NCBI GenBank assembly: GCA_965200245.1
Contig: CBDATS010000008.1
Coordinates: forward strand, 32,001-96,000
Length of the DNA stretch: 64,000 nt
DNA from: a bacterium
GTDB lineage: Bacteria > UBA8248
Direction of reading: 5' to 3'
Made by a program: the position numbers and the translations under genes
Shown here: positions 59,688-64,000 of the stretch, one piece after another
Layout of the letters: each line of letters opens with the position of its first letter
Position numbering within the stretch: the stretch's first letter is position 1
The notes under the pieces: model-generated
What the model saw: the letters and a program-made list of their open reading frames with translations, nothing else
What the model was told of the DNA's origin: nothing
Databases searched by the model: none

Positions 59688-59745
59688 AAGTGGCGCTTGA
59701 AGTATGGCGGCATGGATGTCTCCATGATGGCCTGCCTGATAGCCC
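59571..59745 (+). pseudogene. IS3-family (IS407-like) OrfA remnant
   Basis: MKKHCYSDRPVIGIFKQAEACTSVPGLCREHGMSSATF*KWRLKYGGMDVSMM; TAG at the conserved Tyr. Confidence 0.85.
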
Positions 59746-59754
59746 CTCCTGGTC

Positions 59755-60388
59755 TGGTACCGGTGAAATCGAACTGCCGGGAAAGCAACCAGGTGCCATA
59801 GAAATCCTTCATTCTCCTGTTCAATATGCTTGGCTTGATCATGGCTTCAAGTTTTTCGATATGAAACTCTCACAGCTATAGCAAAGTAGTTTTGGTACCG
59901 GGAAATCCAGGATGACTGGAAGTTTCGACTTCTCAGGGTCTGGGCACACGATTTCACCAAATCCGGTGTCAATCTGCATATGGACTCTCGCAGAACCGAA
60001 TGTGCCAGAGAACCGAATATTTTGCTGATGAAATCCGTACCCCGATAACTATATCGGTCCGGCTGGAATTCAGGTCGAAGGCAAGTCCGTCTGGCTCCAC
60101 ATCGACAAGCAGGATATATCGGACCCTGCGCGACAATATCGGCCTCCCCGTTGTGGGCCCTTCCGATCAGGTCGATGTCCTTAGTTGGAAAACTCCACTG
60201 ACCTCCATACTCTCATCATCAACGTGCCTTTGAGAGGGAACCGGTCGGCATAGTCGGATTGGGGCAACCTGTAAAGTAACCGAATCCATAGAGAAGTACT
60301 GGAGCAATTCACTGAAAGATTGGTCGCTTCTCGCACGGATGTAGAGACGTTGTCGCACGGAAGCAGGGACATTTCCGGGGTGGCTCAT
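59755..60388 (-). pseudogene. AbiEii-type nucleotidyltransferase toxin, degraded
   Basis: ASVRQRL..SELLQYF / RLLYRL.QS.YADRF.LKG.LM.RVW / HMQIDTGFG..LP.ILDFP.PKLLCYS.ES...EAM....LN.RMKDFY..WLLSRQFDF across several frames. Confidence 0.8.
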
Positions 60389-60480
60389 GGGATCGCTGCC
60401 AAGCAGGACCGTATCATATTTTCAACTCTTCGATTTGCGGGTAGATGCAATCTTCGAGCAAGCTGTCCAGTCATTGGCTT
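60385..60480 (-). pseudogene. AbiEi antitoxin C-terminal remnant
   Basis: RVENMIRSCLAAIP* resembles the RV...RPYLEA tail; its stop overlaps the AbiEii ATG (ATGA). Confidence 0.5.
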
Positions 60481-60575
60481 AGGCCGGTGAATGTTAAGTC
60501 CTAAGAAGTCGAGATTATCGGTTTTGGCACTTTTGGATATAATCCCGTTAGAAAACACCGACAGGAGATGACGCT

Positions 60576-61565
60576 TTGGCGAAGAAAGACATATCCCGAA
60601 AAGACCACCTCATCGACTCGCACGATGAAGGCATCAAGCTGCACCTGAGAGAGAAAAAACCGCGTGGAATGAAGAAGAGCGAAGCGGCCAACACGGTCCT
60701 TATGGTGCACGGGCAAAGTACGCCCGCGCCTGTCGCCTTCGACCTTCCCTTGCCTGGTTACTCGTGGATGGACTTCGCCGCCGCGTGCGGTTTTCACGTA
60801 TACGCCCTCTGTATCCGGGGCTACGGGCCTTCCACGCGTCCGCCCGAGATGCTCCGAAACCCAGCTGGCCAGCCCCCTGCCGTTCGGGGAATCACCGCGG
60901 TGCGCGACATCGACGCCGCAATGCGGTTCATCTGTGAGCAAAACGCCATAGGGAAGCTGAACCTCCTCGGCTGGTCGTGGGGCACGACGACGACAGCCGC
61001 CTTCACCGCCGGGAAGCAAGCCCGGGTGCGACGGCTCGCTCTATATGCTCCTTTTTACGCTTACGACAATCCCCAGGCTGCGGCGCGTTGGGAAGACCCC
61101 GCACGGCCCGGACGCTGGGACCCCCGCAAGGGAGCATGGCGATGGGTAACGGAAAGCTATCAGCGCGAGCGATGGGGCGGGAGCATTCCAAAAGGCTGGC
61201 ACGCGAAATGGAGAACCGAAAAGGCGGTAAAACTCTTCTGGAGCGAACAGCTAAAATTCGACCCCGAGGGTGCCAGGCGAAAAACCCCTGCTGTCCGGGT
61301 GCCCAACGGTGCGATGGCGGACAGCTACGACCGCGCACGCAACAAGCCACTCTACGATGCGAGTAAAATCACCTGTCCGGTCCTGACAATCCGGGGAGAT
61401 CACGACAGAAGCTCGACCGACCCCATATTCGCCGCCGTGTACCGTGCGCTCGTGAACAGCCGAGGGAAGCGCTCCATCACGCTGGGAGACGCCACGCACT
61501 TCGCTCAGTACGAATGGCGCCGTGAGGTTCTCTACAAAGAGGTGCAGAATTTTCTGGAAGGCTGA
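60576..61565 (+). CDS. Alpha/beta-fold hydrolase
   Basis: VHG, FDL..PGYSWMD, RGYG.S, GWSWG nucleophile elbow, RGDHD, ATH. Confidence 0.88.
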   Translation: MAKKDISRKDHLIDSHDEGIKLHLREKKPRGMKKSEAANTVLMVHGQSTPAPVAFDLPLPGYSWMDFAAACGFHVYALCIRGYGPSTRPPEMLRNPAGQPPAVRGITAVRDIDAAMRFICEQNAIGKLNLLGWSWGTTTTAAFTAGKQARVRRLALYAPFYAYDNPQAAARWEDPARPGRWDPRKGAWRWVTESYQRERWGGSIPKGWHAKWRTEKAVKLFWSEQLKFDPEGARRKTPAVRVPNGAMADSYDRARNKPLYDASKITCPVLTIRGDHDRSSTDPIFAAVYRALVNSRGKRSITLGDATHFAQYEWRREVLYKEVQNFLEG

Positions 61566-61585
61566 AATGAAAGAACCGACGACAT

Positions 61586-61615
61586 GAAAGACCCGGGACG
61601 AATTCCCGGGCTTTC
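61586..61615. terminator. Hairpin between convergent genes
   Basis: GAAAG-A-CCCGGGA-loop-TCCCGGG-CTTTC. Confidence 0.55.
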
Positions 61616-61632
61616 TGAATCGGAAGTATGAT

Positions 61633-62505
61633 TTACCTGCCTGCGCCGAATGCGCCGACAATGTCAGCTTTATTGAAAGTGCCGCCTACCTCTTGATGCT
61701 CCGGGCCATAGAAAAGTCCATGGATGTTTCCTGCATCGAACGTTCCGTCAGTGCGAACCGTAATATCATCCCACGTCATATCGGAAAGCGTATCACCAGT
61801 TGCTTTGTTCGTGATGTTGGTGAAGGCAACATCGATCAGAGTGCTTCCTGGATTCACCATGCTGAACTCAAGCGTTGCGTCTCCTGCCACGCCGTTCCCC
61901 TGAGTTCTTCCTTCCCCCGTGATCACGCCGAGCATGACACCGTTATATGTGGTTTCCACGGCGGGATACGTGCCTGTGGGGTTGCCGATGGAAAGCCCCG
62001 TGCCCACTTCGGCCGAGGGGAAGTTTGGACCGGAATAATTCCCCCAACCCGCGAGGAAAAAACTGTGGACCATCCAGCCGCCAAAAGCTGTGGCGTCGAC
62101 GGTACGATCCTCCAATCTGAAGGTTACGTCTCCGTTATAAACGGCGACGCCGTTTCTCGTCTGGTTGAAATGCGCGGCTTGTCTTAGATTTCTTATGGTG
62201 GAGGTATCGGCATTTAGGATATCCGACAGGGATACGGAGTCATCAATACCTGTTCTTGGTTCCCTGATCGTGCAGGTTTGCCCCTCACAGTCCGTCTCAA
62301 GTGTCGAAGCAAAAGGCGGCAGTCCCGGAACCATCTGAACCCTAAGGTAGCTGTTGCTGATGGAGAGCGCCGCATTCTCGTTTAGCGCGACGCCTTCGGG
62401 AGAGCCGGTTTCCGGCATGGTGGCGGGAGGTTGAGAACTTTTATCCTCACCGCCACAACCGAAAAGAATAATCGTCACCAAGAGAATCGCCAGGATTCGC
62501 CCCAT
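61633..62505 (-). CDS. Lipoprotein with a TbpB-like beta-barrel C-terminus
   Basis: Lipobox LFG-C, P/S/T-rich linker, FGGWM.HS.F, G.FYGP.H.EVGGTF....VGAFG. Confidence 0.75.
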   Translation of the reverse strand: MGRILAILLVTIILFGCGGEDKSSQPPATMPETGSPEGVALNENAALSISNSYLRVQMVPGLPPFASTLETDCEGQTCTIREPRTGIDDSVSLSDILNADTSTIRNLRQAAHFNQTRNGVAVYNGDVTFRLEDRTVDATAFGGWMVHSFFLAGWGNYSGPNFPSAEVGTGLSIGNPTGTYPAVETTYNGVMLGVITGEGRTQGNGVAGDATLEFSMVNPGSTLIDVAFTNITNKATGDTLSDMTWDDITVRTDGTFDAGNIHGLFYGPEHQEVGGTFNKADIVGAFGAGR

Positions 62506-62654
62506 GCCACATTCCCCTTACCGTAAGGATTCTTGCCGATGACAACGTGCGCGTCGGCAAGAGTTCGAACCGTGATGGGCGGAAGTATGATGTTATCAGT
62601 AGTGCAGAAAAAGGAGAACGTGGAGACCTGCGACCAGGATTTCCGGGTTTTTTC

Positions 62655-63002
62655 CTATCTCCAGCGTTTCTCCTTCACTTGGGCGGCCTTGCCTTTGCGG
62701 TCTCTCAGGTAGTAGAGCTTCGCGCGGCGCACACGGCCCTTTCGGGTGATCTCTATCTTATCGATCCTTGGGGAATGTACCGGGAAGATGCGCTCCACGC
62801 CGATTCCGTAGGAGAGCTTGCGGACGCGGAACCGCTCGCGAAGCCCGCCACCCTGTCTGCCAATGACGATGCCCTCGAACACCTGGATGCGCTCCCTGTC
62901 GCCCTCGACGATTTTCAAGTGAACGCGCACCGTATCTCCCGGTTCGAAGTCGGGAACATCCTTGCGCATACCCTCGCGCTCGATTCTGTCAATAATTTTC
63001 AC
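62655..63002 (-). CDS. rplS: 50S ribosomal protein L19
   Basis: [42 protein letters not shown]. Confidence 0.98.
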   Translation of the reverse strand: MKIIDRIEREGMRKDVPDFEPGDTVRVHLKIVEGDRERIQVFEGIVIGRQGGGLRERFRVRKLSYGIGVERIFPVHSPRIDKIEITRKGRVRRAKLYYLRDRKGKAAQVKEKRWR

Positions 63003-63032
63003 CTGCCTGCTCCTTATCCTGAAAAACCGGCA

Positions 63033-63605
63033 CTATACATCTCTTTTACCGAGAATGCGATCCACCACAATGGCAGCAGCACCGCGAACCGAGAGATGGT
63101 TGAAATTCGTATCGGCCTGCGCCTCAACGGGCGCCAAGACGATATCGGACATTTCCAACACCGCATCCGCGAGACCCCAGCTTGTCCCGAACAGGATGAT
63201 GGTGGGTGTGTCCGTCTGCTGCAACTCGCCGCGGAGGGTCTCGTAGTTCACGGCGTTCGGTACTCGCCTGGCCGTTGTGGCGACGAACCGCGGCCTTTTC
63301 GATTCCTTGCGCTCCACCTGCTCGATAAGCGCGTCCAAAGAGGGTAGAACTTCAATGAACTCAAGCGTTTCCGCCCTTTGGGGGTGTAGCGTACGGCCCG
63401 GGCCTTCCGTGAAGTGTTTTATCACTCGCTCGACGAAGGCCCGCTGCGGAGCAGAGGGATGTACCACAAATACCCCCGTGACGCCATAGGTGCGGCCTAC
63501 GCGGGCGAGATCGTGCAAATCCAGGCTCGTGACCGAGGAAGTCACCACACCGCCCTCGCGATTGAGCACGGGATAGTGAATCAGCACGAGATAGACGTTG
63601 CCCAA
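63033..63605 (-). CDS. TrmD-associated SPOUT RNA methyltransferase (Methyltrn_RNA_4-like)
   Basis: LIHYPV.N..G....SVT.LDLHD.AR..RTYG, FGT.WGL, FNHLSVR.AAAI.VDR. Confidence 0.85.
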   Translation of the reverse strand: MGNVYLVLIHYPVLNREGGVVTSSVTSLDLHDLARVGRTYGVTGVFVVHPSAPQRAFVERVIKHFTEGPGRTLHPQRAETLEFIEVLPSLDALIEQVERKESKRPRFVATTARRVPNAVNYETLRGELQQTDTPTIILFGTSWGLADAVLEMSDIVLAPVEAQADTNFNHLSVRGAAAIVVDRILGKRDV

Positions 63606-63620
63606 TATCCCGCCACCTTT

Positions 63621-64000
63621 CTAGTTTCGCGAAGATTCGAGCAGGCGCAAATCCTCATCACTCAACTTGGCACGCTCGAAGAGGTCCATCCGCCTCTCGC
63701 GTGTTCTTTCGAGCGCTTGGCGCCTCCTCCAGAGACGAATCGCTTCGTGGTCACCGGATAGGAGCACATCCGGTGCGCGTAGTCCCTCGAATTCCGCCGG
63801 CCTCGTATAGTGTGGGTGATCGAGAAGACCGGCAGTGAAGCTCTCTTGGGCGGCGGAGGCGTCGTTGCCCAAAACACCGGGGATCAGCCTGCCGACGGCG
63901 TCGATGACGGCCATGGCCGGAATCTCTCCGCCCGAGAGCACGTAATCTCCCACCGAGACCTCCTCGTCCACGCACAATTCGCTCACACGCTCGTCCACGC
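63621..64000 (-). CDS. trmD: tRNA (guanine-N1)-methyltransferase, 3' part
   Basis: [40 protein letters not shown]. Confidence 0.96.
   Translation of the reverse strand, partial: VDERVSELCVDEEVSVGDYVLSGGEIPAMAVIDAVGRLIPGVLGNDASAAQESFTAGLLDHPHYTRPAEFEGLRAPDVLLSGDHEAIRLWRRRQALERTRERRMDLFERAKLSDEDLRLLESSRN

Overview
A 64-kb bacterial chromosomal window, GC-rich in its housekeeping parts. It runs from a heat-shock cluster (dnaJ-like, hspR, htpX, grpE, dnaJ) through rpoZ, HU/IHF, queA, trmJ and korAB to tRNA-Lys(CTT) and rplS-trmD. The gene set resembles Nitrospinota/Tectomicrobia/delta-proteobacterial lineages, possibly host-associated; this is an inference only. Highlights: (1) a Tat-less molybdopterin (DMSO-reductase superfamily) operon with a fused 4Fe-4S/NrfD subunit, a private TorD/DmsD chaperone and a candidate orphan accessory gene; (2) selD with an in-frame UGA (selenocysteine) and a SECIS-like hairpin, which the ORF track truncates; (3) an AT-rich, decayed IS1595-like element carrying a nonsense-interrupted GIY-YIG-like nuclease; (4) a CoA-dependent/flavin-monooxygenase catabolic cluster, possibly for organosulfur compounds; (5) a mobile-element remnant region with a PcfJ-like gene fused to an IS3 fragment and an AbiEi/AbiEii pseudogene; (6) several single frameshifts confined to accessory genes. 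No CRISPR array, rRNA or integrase was seen. All family calls come from motif recognition, not from database searches.
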